64,000 nucleotides of DNA from Tubiluchus corallicola (GCA_030141605.1 JAQGDQ010000959.1:11911-75910), one strand, 5' to 3'. Numbered from the stretch's first letter, positions 1 through 13,560 are shown. The notes: generated from the sequence alone by a model not told the origin. Numbers and translations are program-made.

Positions 1-62
1 TCAGTGCAATTAAACAAGTTTCCTATGTTTTCAAAGTCAAGGCCGAGATTTCTATTATTATA

Positions 63-639
63 CAGTAGGCGCCGTTTAATAGACTCACTTTAGGACCGAC
101 GTATTTTGACCCAATTAGCTGACTGAACCTATTAACTGATGAGTGTAGTATTACTGGTATAGAAGTATATGTCAAAGGTTTTTAATGAATTTTAGAAACA
201 AAGTAATGTTTAAATTCCTTTTGTGCAGTTAAAAATTAGAAAAAATATTTTAAAATATTAATTTATTTATATAGGTGAATTAGCAATAAATTAAAATGCA
301 TATAAATACCCTAACACAAAAGGGAAGTAAAGATGACATAAAAGTAGAAAAGGCTGTTTGGGCACACACAAATGTCTTATTTTAAGTAGGTGAAGGAAAA
401 ATATTGAGTCAATTAAGCAAAGTTATTTGAGTCAATTACCGGTAGTTTTTATGTATATTTGAATAGAAGCAGCCCGTTCCAGGCGTTTTTGAGTCAATTA
501 ATTGATTGAGTATATTAACCGTGAGTCTATTAAGCGACGCCTACTGTATATTTGAATAGAAGTGGCCTGTTCCAGGCATTTTTGAGTCAATTAAGTGATG
601 GAGTCTATTAACCGTGAGTCTATTAAGCGGCGCCTACTG
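63..639. mobile_element. Non-autonomous Tc1/mariner (pogo/Tigger-like) MITE with duplicated right end
   Basis: TA|CAGTAGGCGCCGTTTAATAGACTCAC at 61-88. Its reverse complement GTGAGTCTATTAAGCG(G/A)CGCCTACTG|TA occurs twice, ending at 546 and 639. TA TSD with CAGT termini is typical of Tc1/mariner. No ORF. Confidence 0.8.
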
Positions 640-918
640 TAGTTCATTCTGTGACCCTCACTAATTTTACATTAATAAAAAACATGTTACTCATTTGTAC
701 ACTTTCTCTACATTGGCACAGCTCATCTTGTCAGTTTTACATGGACAAACAGGGAGAAGCTTTGTGTTATTTGTTTATCAAAATGACGCAACAGGACGGA
801 TGATGTTACAATCAGTTTTACATTCGCAGGTTTACAGTCATTCGCAAGGTTTACAAGTTCATGTTCTGCCGGCGAGCAACATCAGCAGCCTAGAAGTTGC
901 TACATGAAAACTATTTAT

Positions 919-2153
919 AGTGATTCTTGCATCCGATCAAGCTTGTACAGTTTGCACGAAAGTACATTGCTCCAGATATCAGTGATTCTTGCATCCAGCT
1001 TGTACTGTTTGCATGAAAGGACATTACTCCAGCAATCAGTGATTCTTGCATCCGATCAAGCTTGTACAGTTTGCATGAAAGGACATTACTACAGCAATCA
1101 GTGATTCTTGCATCCGATCAAGCTTGTACAGTTTGCACGAAAGGACATTACTACAGCAATCAGCGATTCTTGCATCCGACCAAGCTTGTACAGTTTGCAT
1201 GAAAGGACATTACTCCAGCAATCAGTGATTCTTGCATCCGATCAAGATTGTACAGTTTGCATGAAAAGACATTCCAGCAATCAGTGATTCCTGCATCCGA
1301 TCAAGCTTGCACAGTTTGCATGAAAGGACATTACTCCAGCAATCAGTGATTCTTGCATCCGATCAAGATTGTACAGTTTGCATGAAAGGACATTACTCTA
1401 GCAATCAGTGATTCTTGCATCCGATCAAGCTTGTACAGTTTGCATGAAAGGACATTACTCCAGCAATCAGTGATTCCTGCATCTGATCAAGCTTGTACAG
1501 TTTGCATGAAAGGACGTTACTCCAGATATCAGTGATTCTTTCATCCGATCAAGCTTGTACAGTTTGCATGAAAGGACATTACTACAGCAATCAGTGATTC
1601 TTGCATCCGATCAAGCTTGTACAGTTTGCACGAAAGGACATTACTACAGCAATCAGCGATTCTTGCATCCGACCAAGCTTGTACAGTTTGCATGAAAGGA
1701 CATTACTCCAGCAATCAGTGATTCTTGCATCCGATCAAGATTGTACAGTTTGCATGAAAAGACATTCCAGCAATCAGTGATTCCTGCATCCGATCAAGCT
1801 TGTACAGTTTGCATGAAAGGACATTACTCCAGCAATCAGTGATTCTTGCATCCGATCAAGCTTGTACAGTTTGCATGAAAGGACATTACTCCTGATATCA
1901 GTGATTCTTGCATCCAATCAAGCTTGTACAGTTTGCATGAAAGGACATTACTACAGCAATCAGTGATTCTTGCATCTGATCAAGCTTGTACAGTTTGCAT
2001 GAAAGGACATTACTCCAGCAATCAGTGATTCTTGCATCCAATCAAGCTTTTACAGTTTGCATGAAAGGACATGACTACAGAAATCAGTGATTCTTACATC
2101 CGATCAAGCTTGTACAGTTTGCATGAAAGGACATCCCTACAGCAATCAGTGAT
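919..2153. repeat. 62-bp minisatellite, about 20 copies
   Basis: Unit AGTGATTCTTGCATCCGATCAAGCTTGTACAGTTTGCATGAAAGGACATTACTCCAGCAATC. Unit starts at 1038 and 1100 are 62 bp apart. Confidence 0.97.
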
Positions 2154-2781
2154 CTCGCTAACACAGAAAAGTGATCACAGTTTTTCTGTTTTTCTTCTGT
2201 AAGGATATAAATGCAATATGTCCCATTTGCATTTTGGGATAGAATGTTAATCGTTTTTCGGCTGCAAAAAGGAAAAGCTTGACATGTTGTTCAATGTTTG
2301 TAACCTATTTGCTAGGTCACACTGTTTAATTTATAAACTAAAACAGTGTTGCTGTTTAGAAAAAGTTGTAGTTGGCAATTTAACAGTGTGTAACCATTTT
2401 GGCAAAATTTAATAATCAGTTATAAAATAACAGTAGTACAAATAACAGCTTCAGATCCCAAATAAGTGATATTGCGTTAATTCCTAAATTTTACGTAATT
2501 ATATGTAGTTGGTAACATTCTCAAATCAAGTTTGTTTCACTTTATAGAAAATTCATGCATTTCACTTGTGAAATATCTCTAATAGCGACTTCATCATGTT
2601 GGCAATTGTATTTCCGATATCAGATGAACGTAATGTAAAATATGTACTCACTGTGCATAGTGTATATAATAAATTATCATCTTTTTTTTAAATTATCTGT
2701 TTATTTTGTATTATTTTACTTTGCTTATGCGAAATACTTGCTTTCCTTTACGAGCAATAACGAAATTTTGCTTTCCTAAGT

Positions 2782-3138
2782 GTGTTGCACTACAACTTCT
2801 TGCTAGAAATTATTTGTTTAATATTAAACAATTTATCTAAACGCACCACTGTTGGTATGTCCTTCTTTAATGAATTCGGTATAATAATTCTCGAAGACTT
2901 AGTTATATATCACTTGTCTATTTATATGTACAAGACATACTACAACTTGTTTCCCACTCCCTTTACAAGGTTCAACGAATATCATGTTCCTTACCGTCGT
3001 ACTAATAGTGCCAGGCACTTTATTAAATTCACAGCCCCCAACAACTGGAATAAAATAAGTGCGCAAGTAAAAATACACAAAACTATTTATAGTTTCAAAA
3101 AGTACTTGAAAAGGACTATTTTTGATTCATACTTATAA
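2782..3138 (+). mobile_element. 3' remnant of a CR1/L2-group LINE ORF2
   Basis: Translation ends FIKFTAPNNWNKISAQVKIHKTIYSFKKYLKRTIF, matching the recalled C-terminal pattern (P..WN.L...IK......FK..LK..L) of CR1/L2-group reverse transcriptase ORFs. Confidence 0.65.
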
Positions 3139-3651
3139 TACATTTTTAATGCTTCCATGTCTCATGCAGTCGCAATATATGACCTCCAATCAATTATAAT
3201 GCTATTTTAATATACCTCTATGTAAATTAAACATACACTGTGGTCGTTTCTTCTCCTCTTTTCCTTCTTCCTATCTCTAATCTTACTATTTTTTCCATTC
3301 CATCATTTCTTCTAACCCTAACCATTCTTTCATTCACTCATTTGTGCCACCTTAACAAGTCAAGCTTTCAAGGTGTCATACAGCAACTCTTATTTGGTTA
3401 ATTTGACTTCATCAACATTTTTCTTACCTATACTGTTTGTTTTTGTTTCAATAATATTGTATGTTGATGTATTGTATATATGTATTCCTGGAGTAAAATA
3501 AATTGATTGATTGATTGTAGGAACACATTCTGGTTTGTTATGCACGGAATTATCTCCTGTTTTCCTAAAATCTGCAAGAAAGTCAAATTTTGTGAGAATT
3601 TTTGTTACTAGAGCGCGCCACCGCTTAACTATAGTTTGAGGCATGTGTAAG

Positions 3652-6081
3652 GGTGAGGTCTACTTTGCGTACTTCTGGTTGAGCGCACAGAATTGTGGGC
3701 ATGATTCGGATTTTGCGAACAGGACTATGGTTACGCGCGAAATTCAACCAAGAACAGAAAATGGCTGCTGCATACAAGACTGTTGTAGTATCCAATGTGA
3801 ATGATTGCATTCGAGTGATCAAACAACATGAATTGGATACTACAACTCATTATGTAGTTGAGTCGCAGCAGAAGCGATGACGTCGGTAAGTGTCTATAGT
3901 CTTGGAGTACAATAGTGTCATATCCAAGTGAGTTGTGGCACATGGCAGGCGTTTGCAAATTATATGTTAATTAATTAGTAAAATATTTTAAAAAGAAAGG
4001 CAGTGTTGGCCTAAATTGCTTTAAGCTTAAAAGATATAAAGAATCTGTCTGAGATGAAAGATATTCTGAATTACAGAGAATCGAATTATGCAGAGTCTTT
4101 TGAGTTTTGTTGTCTGAATTCTGTTATAATAGTATACTATATTAATAGTCATTCAGGGGCCTATATTCATAAACACTGCATACGATAGGAAAAACTACTA
4201 TGACATGATATGAAAAATAAGTGCTAACCCGGTGTTGAAAGTTTTGTGAACTAAAATACTGTACGTTGGAGTCTGATTTACATTTCAGATGTATCAAATG
4301 GTATGAAAATTCATTGGCAACTTTCGTCTCGGAAAGCAAATGGTTTGCCAATTGAATTTGATGGCATTCCTTTTGTCTTCTTGGGCAAGAAGATACTCTT
4401 GCCATCTCTGCCATGAGTCCTGAGGACTGTCAGTGAAGAAGAAATGGAAAGAAGATAAGGATCGGCATATGGTGAGGCCCACATTTTTCTTTCCTATTCC
4501 TAAGTGTGCTTTAAACTAAATGAGATCTCATCACAAGTGGGAACATACAATTAAACTACATATCTGTTTAATTTAAGCAATTCTTAGCCTGTTAATAAAA
4601 GTGTTAATACTATTTTAAGCCATGAGGGAACCACCAACAGATATTAGTGGGACAAATTCCAAAAGAAAATTAGTAATGAATAAAGAAATTTATTGCACAT
4701 GGAATGGCTCAGGATTTTGCAGAATGGATTTTTATAATTTTTACGTTTTTTATACGTTTACACTAAAGTAGTTTTCAAGTATAAAAAAAAGTGGCATAAT
4801 AAGTACTTATGTCAAGTGATTGACATTTTGATGTATTCTGGTCTTGTTTATCTGTATTATTGCTGGTAGCCTATAGAATATTTTATAATGGATCGCACAC
4901 ATTTTATAATAACTGCTGCCAATACTTATGTAGCTGGAATGCTAATGCATGTTTGCTATGCATGTGGAATCATTAGTGAGTTACTTAGGCTATTGCAGTT
5001 TGTGAGTTGTTAGTTTTTAGTTGTGAGTTGTTCTAAATATGCTTGTTGTCACTGCTATTCTGAAATATAAAAGGTGCAAACAACGTCGAATTGACTGTTG
5101 CTTAACTTATGTATATATATATATTGATATATGCTTGGAAACACAAACATTTTAAACTAGGTTTTGCACACATGTTGACATGTAAATCAGGGGAGCCAAA
5201 TTTCAAATCCTTATGAAGATTTTAGTTAATACTGCTATTGTATGTCACAGTGTTTGATTTATGCATATAATTGGACAAGCATTTACAATACGAACAGCTA
5301 AAGCAGACTTCATATTACACATGTTAAAATTGCAACCGTATCAGTTTGCCACAACAGTAACACAGCTCTTGAATTACAATAATGCTAAGTCGATGCTTGC
5401 AGCTTGTCAGTGTCTACTTAGGTTTTATATACAGTAAAAAGTAAATTTCCTCTCTCAACACACTTCAGCTTCAAAGTTGTCCTATTTTGTCAAAGGATAT
5501 TCCTGTTGGCAACATGTGCACTATTTCATGCTGTTCTGTAAAATTAAATGACTGATGCCACCCAAGCTATGTGAGTGTACCACTTAGTATATTACTTTTT
5601 TTCCTGAAAAAGTTACTACTATAGTTAGTACTAATCTGTATATATTTACAATAAACAAAGCTAATAAAAATGAACCCAATATAGCAAATTAAAAAAATAC
5701 TTTGCACTTTCACCAAAAAGATGGACAGTACCATATTTAGCTTTTTAGTCACTAGAAACTTCTGGTAACTTGAAGGCATCTATAGTATTAATTATGCAAA
5801 ACTAAATTAACGAATGCATCACTTATGCATTTTAGTTTACTGAATAGCGTTCCAAATTGAAATTTGCAAAACTCAGTTTCTACTTGTCAGAAAGATTGTC
5901 AACTAGTTTACAGCTACAATTTCTTACCATTTTTATTAGTAGCAGCACTCTACACCATTAAAATTGTTGTTGAAACTGACGATAATGTAATTTGCCACGC
6001 GGGTTTGTTTACACATCGAATAACATCATTTTACCCATGATCCTGTGCGCTCAACGCGAAGTACGCAAAGTAGACCTCACC
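3652..6081 (+). mobile_element. Mutator-like element (MULE), 2430 bp, non-autonomous or decayed
   Basis: About 48-bp TIRs: GGTGAGGTCTACTTTGCGTACTTCTGGTTGAGCGCACAGAATTGTGGG at the left end and CCCATGATCCTGTGCGCTCAACGCGAAGTACGCAAAGTAGACCTCACC at the right end. Perfect 9-bp TSD ATGTGTAAG at 3643-3651 and 6082-6090. G...C termini plus a 9-bp TSD fit the Mutator superfamily. Confidence 0.88.
3761..4471 (+). pseudogene. Decayed two-exon gene fragment encoding a CaRF/ALS2CR8-like (WRKY-GCM1 type) DNA-binding domain, probably the transposase N-terminus
   Basis: Exon 3761-3885 (MAAAYKTVVVSNVNDCIRVIKQHELDTTTHYVVESQQK, donor GTAAGT). Exon 4289-4471 (acceptor TTTCAG; VSNGMKIHWQLSSRKANGLPIEFDGIPFVFLGKKIL..CH.., donor GTGAGG). 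It resembles the recalled CaRF motif [31 protein letters not shown]. Disrupted by TGA at 3878-3880 and a frameshift near 4400. Confidence 0.65.
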
Positions 6082-7504
6082 ATGTGTAAGGGCGTGTGCG
6101 TAACTATTGCGATATACACGCGCTATCTGTAGCCGTGAAACTGACATTACGTGCGTTGGATCGAACTTGCCGTGTTGTGTGTGTGCTCACCTGCCTGGCG
6201 TAGTGACTGTCATTAATGTAAGGTGAGTTGTTTTTACTGCAAGCTTCGTGTAACCAATAAACCATCAAGGGCTGAACGCAGCTTGTTTATGAAGTATTAT
6301 ATAGCAGCGATCATGTAAATTCTTGGTGGTTTATTGGTAGTTTGGTACTTTGTAGCTTCGTGCAACGAGTAAGGCAGCACAGTTTGAAATACCATGTGCA
6401 TTTGCACAGTTTTTTAGGCCTTTTTTGAAAGAGAATGTTGTAAATTCGAAAATTAGTTGTTTATACTTTCATGACGAATAGATACGAGTGAATGACAAAT
6501 TTTCAAACTTTTGCTTTGTCGAAAGTGCATGTATGTAAAAATTTGTGACTATATAAGAGGCGTCTCAATTTTCTATTGAAGCCCAATTCATATAACGATT
6601 CTAGTCTAAATATACACCAGACAAAAGCACAGCACATCATAGCTACACATAGTCATAAAACTGCAGACGGTGACGACATGATTATACGTATTTTGACTTG
6701 TCCTATTTGAAAGATTCATACAATGTAGTTTATTAACATCTTGAGTGGCTTGTTTACAATTGAGGAGCAAAACTCGTTGGGAAAATCTCTCTAAAAATCC
6801 TTTCCGGTAATTTTGAATCAGAATCCCGTGCGTAAAAAAGTGCCCAGCCTTGATTTTTGACGTATAAAGTTGTGCGGTAACTTTAATTTGTTTAATTAAT
6901 CATAATTGCTGTAAAAAATTATAATTCAACAGACTTTTTTAAGGTGCTTCAGTCTTTGAAATTTTACTCATCAGACCTTGAGTGTAACAAAGCGCTACCA
7001 TCACGTTTTGTTCATTGTTGTTAAAGCACTTAAGTATATGGAGTTGATGTCTGTCCGAATAAACTGGTTATTCGGCCTGTAATTCGGTTCGGAAGTGATC
7101 GTGAGCGACTGTATTGAAAGGTGTTCTATAAAATAAGAATTTGCTCATTTGCCACCCTCCATCCTGTTTTGTGATTTTATAATTGTCCAATCTCTCCATT
7201 GCACGGTTCGCACATTGCCTTGCGAAAACGGAATTTCGAATGACGCGTTGTAGTTTTGTTGTCATGAACGTGTTTTAGTGGCAGCTAGTGCATCGAAGTA
7301 AGTAATTAAGATTGAGTTGGCTCAGAACTTTATTTGAAATAGTGTTCGTGGAACAAAGTAACGTTAATTACTTCCTCTACCTTCTCTCCTTTTCCTTGTC
7401 TTTCTTTACCCCTCCTCTCTAAATTAGATTAGATTAGCGTTTATTTTAGTAGCTAGGTCATATTATACACACAGTAACAGATCCTTCTCTCTGTCACCCC
7501 GCTT

Positions 7505-7525
7505 TCTTGTTTCTTTCTTTCTTTC

Positions 7526-7572
<47 letters not shown>

Positions 7573-7674
7573 TCCTTCCCTCCCTCCCTCCCTCCCTCCC
7601 TCCCTCCCTCCCCCCCTCTCTCTCTCTCTCTCTCTCTCGTTCTCCCTGTTTTCCACTCTCTCTGTGTCACTCTC

Positions 7675-7727
<53 letters not shown>
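7505..7727. repeat. Compound polypyrimidine microsatellite (CTTT)n/(CCCT)n/(CT)n
   Basis: Directly visible. It explains the ER/SL-repeat ORFs at 7453-7905. Confidence 0.95.
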
Positions 7728-7728
<1 letters not shown>

Positions 7729-8132
7729 ACCCTCGTTCCTCCCTGTCTTCCCCCCCTCTCCGTCTTAAATCAATATCCTGTTTCTTTTTTCTCCGGGCCA
7801 TTTGCCATTTTCTTTCCCAGCAACCCTGTGAAAACACGTTTTTCGTATTCACACAATTCTAATGCAAATGATTTTGGTGTATATCCAATCAAGCCGTTCT
7901 GCTAAACCGGGTGTTCAGAAACATCTTTATCCGTATCCGCAACCAGTAGCTGCATTTTGCACTGCAACGCTTGCCTATCTGATAACACAGATTGAGGATG
8001 TAATAACAGAACACGGCACAAACGCCAGCCTATCAATTTCAATTAAATAATGCATTGACAGGTCACGGGTTGTATGCCAAAAATACAACGAGCTTACACA
8101 CGTAGCTACTGTACAGATAGCCAGACGCAGAT

Positions 8133-8145
8133 GAAGAGAGTGAGT

Positions 8146-8228
<83 letters not shown>

Positions 8229-8262
8229 TGAGAGAGTGTGAATGAGAGTGAGAGTGTGAGCG
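8133..8262. repeat. (GA)n microsatellite with GTGA-variant flanks
   Basis: Directly visible. Confidence 0.95.
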
Positions 8263-10495
8263 AGAGGACGGGAAAAGACGAGAGCGATTTTTCGTTTGAC
8301 TCTGTAGTCATGTATAGTAGATGCTTATTGAGCTTGGCTTAGCGGTCTGTAATTTTTCTTTCTCTATAGACCCACGCACGTGGTTTCTACAGGCTTAAAA
8401 CAGCCATTGTCGTTGTCTCTAGTGACTAGTCGTATGTAATTGAAGTTAAAACATGAACACGTTCTGAAATCCCACTGTACTGATGATATGAGTGCCGCGC
8501 AGTCCAGAACCAGTTTTCAACATCGCTAAAAAAATTCACAATTTTGATTTTCGTACGCGCATCCAGCAAGTTGAAGGCAGTTAGTCATTCTTCTCATTGC
8601 TAGCAGAGCAAACAAGCGTATTTAAACACCAAAAGTGAGAATGCGCCGTTTTAGCACTATTCACGGGAGAATGAAATTAATGCTGTGATTAGTACTTGGG
8701 AAAGATTCGGGATTCGTAAGTTAGGGTGCGGGTTTTGAACTCCAATAGTACTACTTTCACTAAGTGTTGACACACATACCATCAGCAGTGATTAATAGCT
8801 TATATATCACATTGGCTGAATTATGAAAACGCTTTTAGCTATGTTCCCAGACAAGAAGCTAGAGTCAATGACTTGTGAGCTGTTACTATTTTCTGCTTTG
8901 AAGATCTTTATCTTGTAATACATATCCCTGCAAATGTAGGGGATTTGACATGATCTTCAGTGAAAAACTTGAAAATGTTAAACTAGTTATCCTCCTAGGA
9001 CGTTAAATCCATGGTGATCAAATCTCCAAAATTGCAAAAAAATACAAATAACATACTTCATTTTGTTGTCGTCGGACGAGTACTTAGTCGGCGCGCCAAG
9101 TTTCTGCCTAAAATGTAATTTTGATGCGCTAAACTTCAGAGAAATGATTTTCAGTTTGATGTCATATAAAAAGGAAGGGAAAAGATAAACAAAGATGTCA
9201 CAAAAAAATAAGAAGGCTTTTCTCGCTTGTAACCGACTGCTTCTGTTTTAAGGAAGTTTGGTTTTCGATAAGTTTTTGTTCAACAATTGTACAGTCGAGT
9301 CCTAGTAATGTGCTTAAAGATATGGGATTTTTTGACGTTAACGTAGTAAAAAAATTACTACTAGCGCAGAATAACATTCAGTCATTGGCAAGTTGGCAGC
9401 TTTATGGTCTTCTTGCACTGCGTTGGAAGTTTTTCTAACATTTGGTTAAATTTTAATCCATTTTCAGTTGAACGCTGTTCTTGAAAAAGGTAATTTGCAA
9501 CTTTGTTCCTAACGCTACCTACACGTGGGCTGTGGTTTGTTTGTGAAGGCTGCAGCATCAATACCTCTCAACGCGAATGTTTTTGCGTTCACTTTAGCAA
9601 TAGCAGTAAAAATGCATGGATTCGGTTACATTTGTCTAAAATAGAACTAGTGGTCTTAACAGTTGCACTAGCCTGGCGTGGATATAGTGACTCAACTGAG
9701 GTCTACTAAGTTCTATAGACAAAACATTGAACAGCTATTGTTGAGTGATAATAATATCACAGCAATTTTAAAATTATCTGAACATTTTAAGACTGGGCGT
9801 AAATTGAACACTTTATTACAACCGTCGACTAAAACTAGTTTTTACGTTGTTTTTTCTCTGTGTAATTCACCAAGGGATTTTGTTGCCCGTGTTTGCTGTC
9901 TTTTGGAAAAAACGAAAAGTCGTTGACTGAAGTCAGAGACTTTTGTATTCGCGCCAGAGGTTATGATTTCTGAAGCGTAATGATGGATTGGGGCGCGTTC
10001 TTCTGTGTAAACTGGAAAATATTTTCTATCCACAAAAAATGATAATAGACGGTATGCTGTCCACGCAAGGCCGTAGTTTTGCAAGGGCGTTGCCTACTTA
10101 ACTCTCTAGGAGGGGGCTGGAAAACAAACTCGAAGACGCCTAGCTGCATTTTTAGTTCAGCCATTTTCAAATCTTGGTTATTTGAGATGCTGTCAGCACA
10201 GCATGCTGTACCTGGTCCATATATATCGAACATTAAATCCACGTGAGGCTTATAGACGCACATTTCTTCGCAGAATCGGCTCTAGATGGGCGCAAGAATT
10301 GTGCAAATTTTCAAAGCTTGATATCTGAATCATGCTTGACCCACAAACAAATAAACAAAAGGGAAGAAGTCAAATTAAAGACATCCGGAAGTTGAGAAAG
10401 TGCCCGTGGGAATCCGTGTGTTCTGCGTGTGTTTCTCTGTTCCACCAGTTTGAAGGCTAACATATTTTGCACGTTGTACAAGGCGTATTTAACAT

Positions 10496-11597
10496 GATGA
10501 CCGTTGTCTAGAGTGACATTACACGATGACCGATGTCCAGATTGACATTACACGATGACCGATGTCTAGAGTGACATTACACGATGACCGATGTCTAGAG
10601 TGACATTACACGATGACCGATGTCTAGAGTGACATTACACGATGACCGATGTCCAGATTGACATTACACGATGACCTATGTCTAGAGTGACATTACACGA
10701 TGACCGATGTCTAGAGTGACATTACACGATGACCGATGTCTAGAGTGACATTACACGATGACCGATGTCTAGAGTGACATTACACGATGACCGATGTCTA
10801 GAGTGACATTACACGATGACCGATGTCTAGAGTGACATTACACGATGACCGATGTCTAGAGTGACATTACACGATGACCGATGTCTAGAGTGACATTACA
10901 CGATGACCGATGTCTAGAGTGACATTACACGATGACCGATGTCTAGAGTGACATTACACGATGACCGATGTCTAGAGTGACATTACACGATGACCGATGT
11001 CTAGAGTGACATTACACGATGACCGATGTCTAGAGTGACATTACACGATGACCGATGTCTAGAGTGACATTACACGATGACCGATGTCTAGAGTGACATT
11101 ACACGATGACCGATGTCTAGAGTGACATTACACGATGACCGATGTCTAGAGTGACATTACACGATGACCGATGTCTAGAGTGACATTACACGATGACCGA
11201 TGTCTAGAGTGACATTCCACGATGACCGATGTCTAGAGTGACATTACACGATGACCGATGTCTAGAGTGACATTACACGATGACCGATGTCTAGAGTGAC
11301 ATTACGCGATGACCGATGTCTAGAGCGACATTACACGATGACCGATGTCTAGAGTGACATTACACGATGACCGATGTCTAGTGTGACATTACACGATGAC
11401 CGATGTCTAGAGTGACATTACGCGATGACCGATGTCTAGAGCGACATTACGCGATGACCTATGTCTAGAGTGACATTACACGATGACCTATGTCTAGAGC
11501 GACATTACACGATGACCGATGTCTAGAGTGAAATTACACGATGACCTATGTCTAGAGTGACATTACGCGATGACCGATGTCTAGAGTGACATTACAC
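10496..11597. repeat. 29-bp minisatellite, about 38 copies
   Basis: Unit GATGACCGATGTCTAGAGTGACATTACAC, nearly invariant in the centre. No unique spacers. Confidence 0.97.
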
Positions 11598-11729
11598 AAA
11601 TTTGGTTCAGCTTGGCAGTTTCTATTTGAAGAAGGAACTTTATTAAGTATTAGCATTCCTTGCGGTTTTTATCCAAGGAGAACGTCAATGATTTAGAAAA
11701 AATATTCGATTATTTTCCTCCCCTTGTTT

Positions 11730-11929
11730 TCTCTGTCGCTCTCGCAGTCTCTCTCTGTCTTTCTCCTTCTCTCTCTATCGCTCTCTCCGGGCCCCCCCTC
11801 TCTCTCTCTTTCTGTTTCTCCCCCCTCTCTCACTCTCTCTCTCTCTCTTTCTATTTCTCCCCCTTTCTCTTTCTCTTTCGCTCTCTCTCTATCTCTTTGT
11901 GTTTCGCTCTCTCTCCCTCTATCTCTCCC

Positions 11930-11975
<46 letters not shown>
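11730..11975. repeat. Degenerate (CT)n microsatellite
   Basis: Directly visible. It explains the ORFs at 11660-12005. Confidence 0.9.
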
Positions 11976-13560
11976 ACTGCTTCACATCATCCAGCTGATA
12001 TTTAATCTCATTCGTCTTACATGGCACCCAATTTACTAAATTGGCAACCCGATGCATGAAATTTGCTCCACGTGTGACTTAAATCTAAGCATCTTGCTGA
12101 TTCAGCAAAATGTATCATAGTTAAATACATGGCTCATTGTACTACCTGTCAATAATAAACATGTGAATACTCAGAGTTTCTTATATTGTTTTTTCATTAC
12201 TGAGTTCTCGCAATATAAAAAGCTCAAAAATAGAATGTACAAAAATGATACCAGATTTAATAAAAGCGTTTAAAATGTGTGATAAACATTTTGGCGATAC
12301 TGATAAAAGTGATTTTGCATTACGTTTAATACAATCACATACTGTACTGTACGTTCAACTACGTGTGTTTATTTTAGTAATTGGGGCGGCTTCACCACCC
12401 CCCCCCCCCATACTCCCTCGCATCAGTTTCCAAGTGAACTAAATCCTTGCTTCTTTGCTGGTATGTAGGTGTTTGTTCTGTTCTCTCCTACTGTACCGTG
12501 ATATTGTTTGAAGACTATATTTAAGAGTCTATATATATATAATATTGCAGCGTGTAACTGCCCAAGGTTTCGTTTCAACATTTTAGTCTATTGTCCGAGT
12601 AGGTTATGAATATTATAGCCTTTACCGAGCGTATGTGCGAGGCATAAGATTTATCAACCCGCTGGAAACTTGGCAAAATTAATGCGACAAGGAATTTTCC
12701 GAGTAACTTACCCCCCCCCCCCCCCCCCAACTCAAATTCTGACAGTAAACAGACGAACAGATGAGAATAGATTCCAAAGAGCAGAGTCCGGTGAAAATCG
12801 GCAAAGTTGTAAATGTAAAATCCTGACAGTTATGTGGGGGAAATGTTTCACCTTTCTTACCTCTTATACAACCGATAAACAAGTTTGCACAGCTTCAGAG
12901 AGCTAGTACAGGAAAAATATGCCCGATTACGATGTTCTTACACTAAATGTACAGCAGGCGTTCACTAATGTAAACAGCAGTTTTCTCGTAAATGTATGTA
13001 AATATTTTTGTTATAACGTAATAGCTATTTTTGCTCGACACGCGTTTCTTAATGCACCACGCATTAGATTCGTCAGCTCTCCAAGACTAAAATAGAACAG
13101 CATTTGTTGTTTATCGTCTTAGTAAGGCAAAATGGAATTTCCTGTTCCGAGTTGCACAGTTACGATGACTAAAGTTTTATTTTTAGACATAAAACACAAA
13201 ATTTTGCACGGGCGGAAATTTCGCGAGTTTTTACCTTTGACCCTCTCCAAAAGTGAACAGCTGCAAATTCATGAGCTGTTAAAAACTTTTTACTTGTGCC
13301 GATTTTACTAAAAATACGTTTCGCGTGTCATAATTTTAAATTTATCGACGTTTCGTTGCATCTCGTAAAGTTTATGAGTGGTCCTGCTTTGCAAAAATGT
13401 TCAAGGAGATGAATTCTTTAAAACTTCTGCGTCGACTTTTTTATTGAAATTTAAACCTTTCGTTAATGGACAATTTATTCATATATTTCGTTTCATAAAC
13501 GACTCACTATATAATAAATTTGTTACATTTCTATCAGGAAAATCCAGCATAAAAATTAAT

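Noticed and set aside
10496-11597. CRISPR-like array (29-bp repeats); the 27-, 28- and 33-bp arrays were also considered
   Set aside because: Repeats are head-to-tail with no unique spacers, there are no cas genes, and the DNA is eukaryotic.
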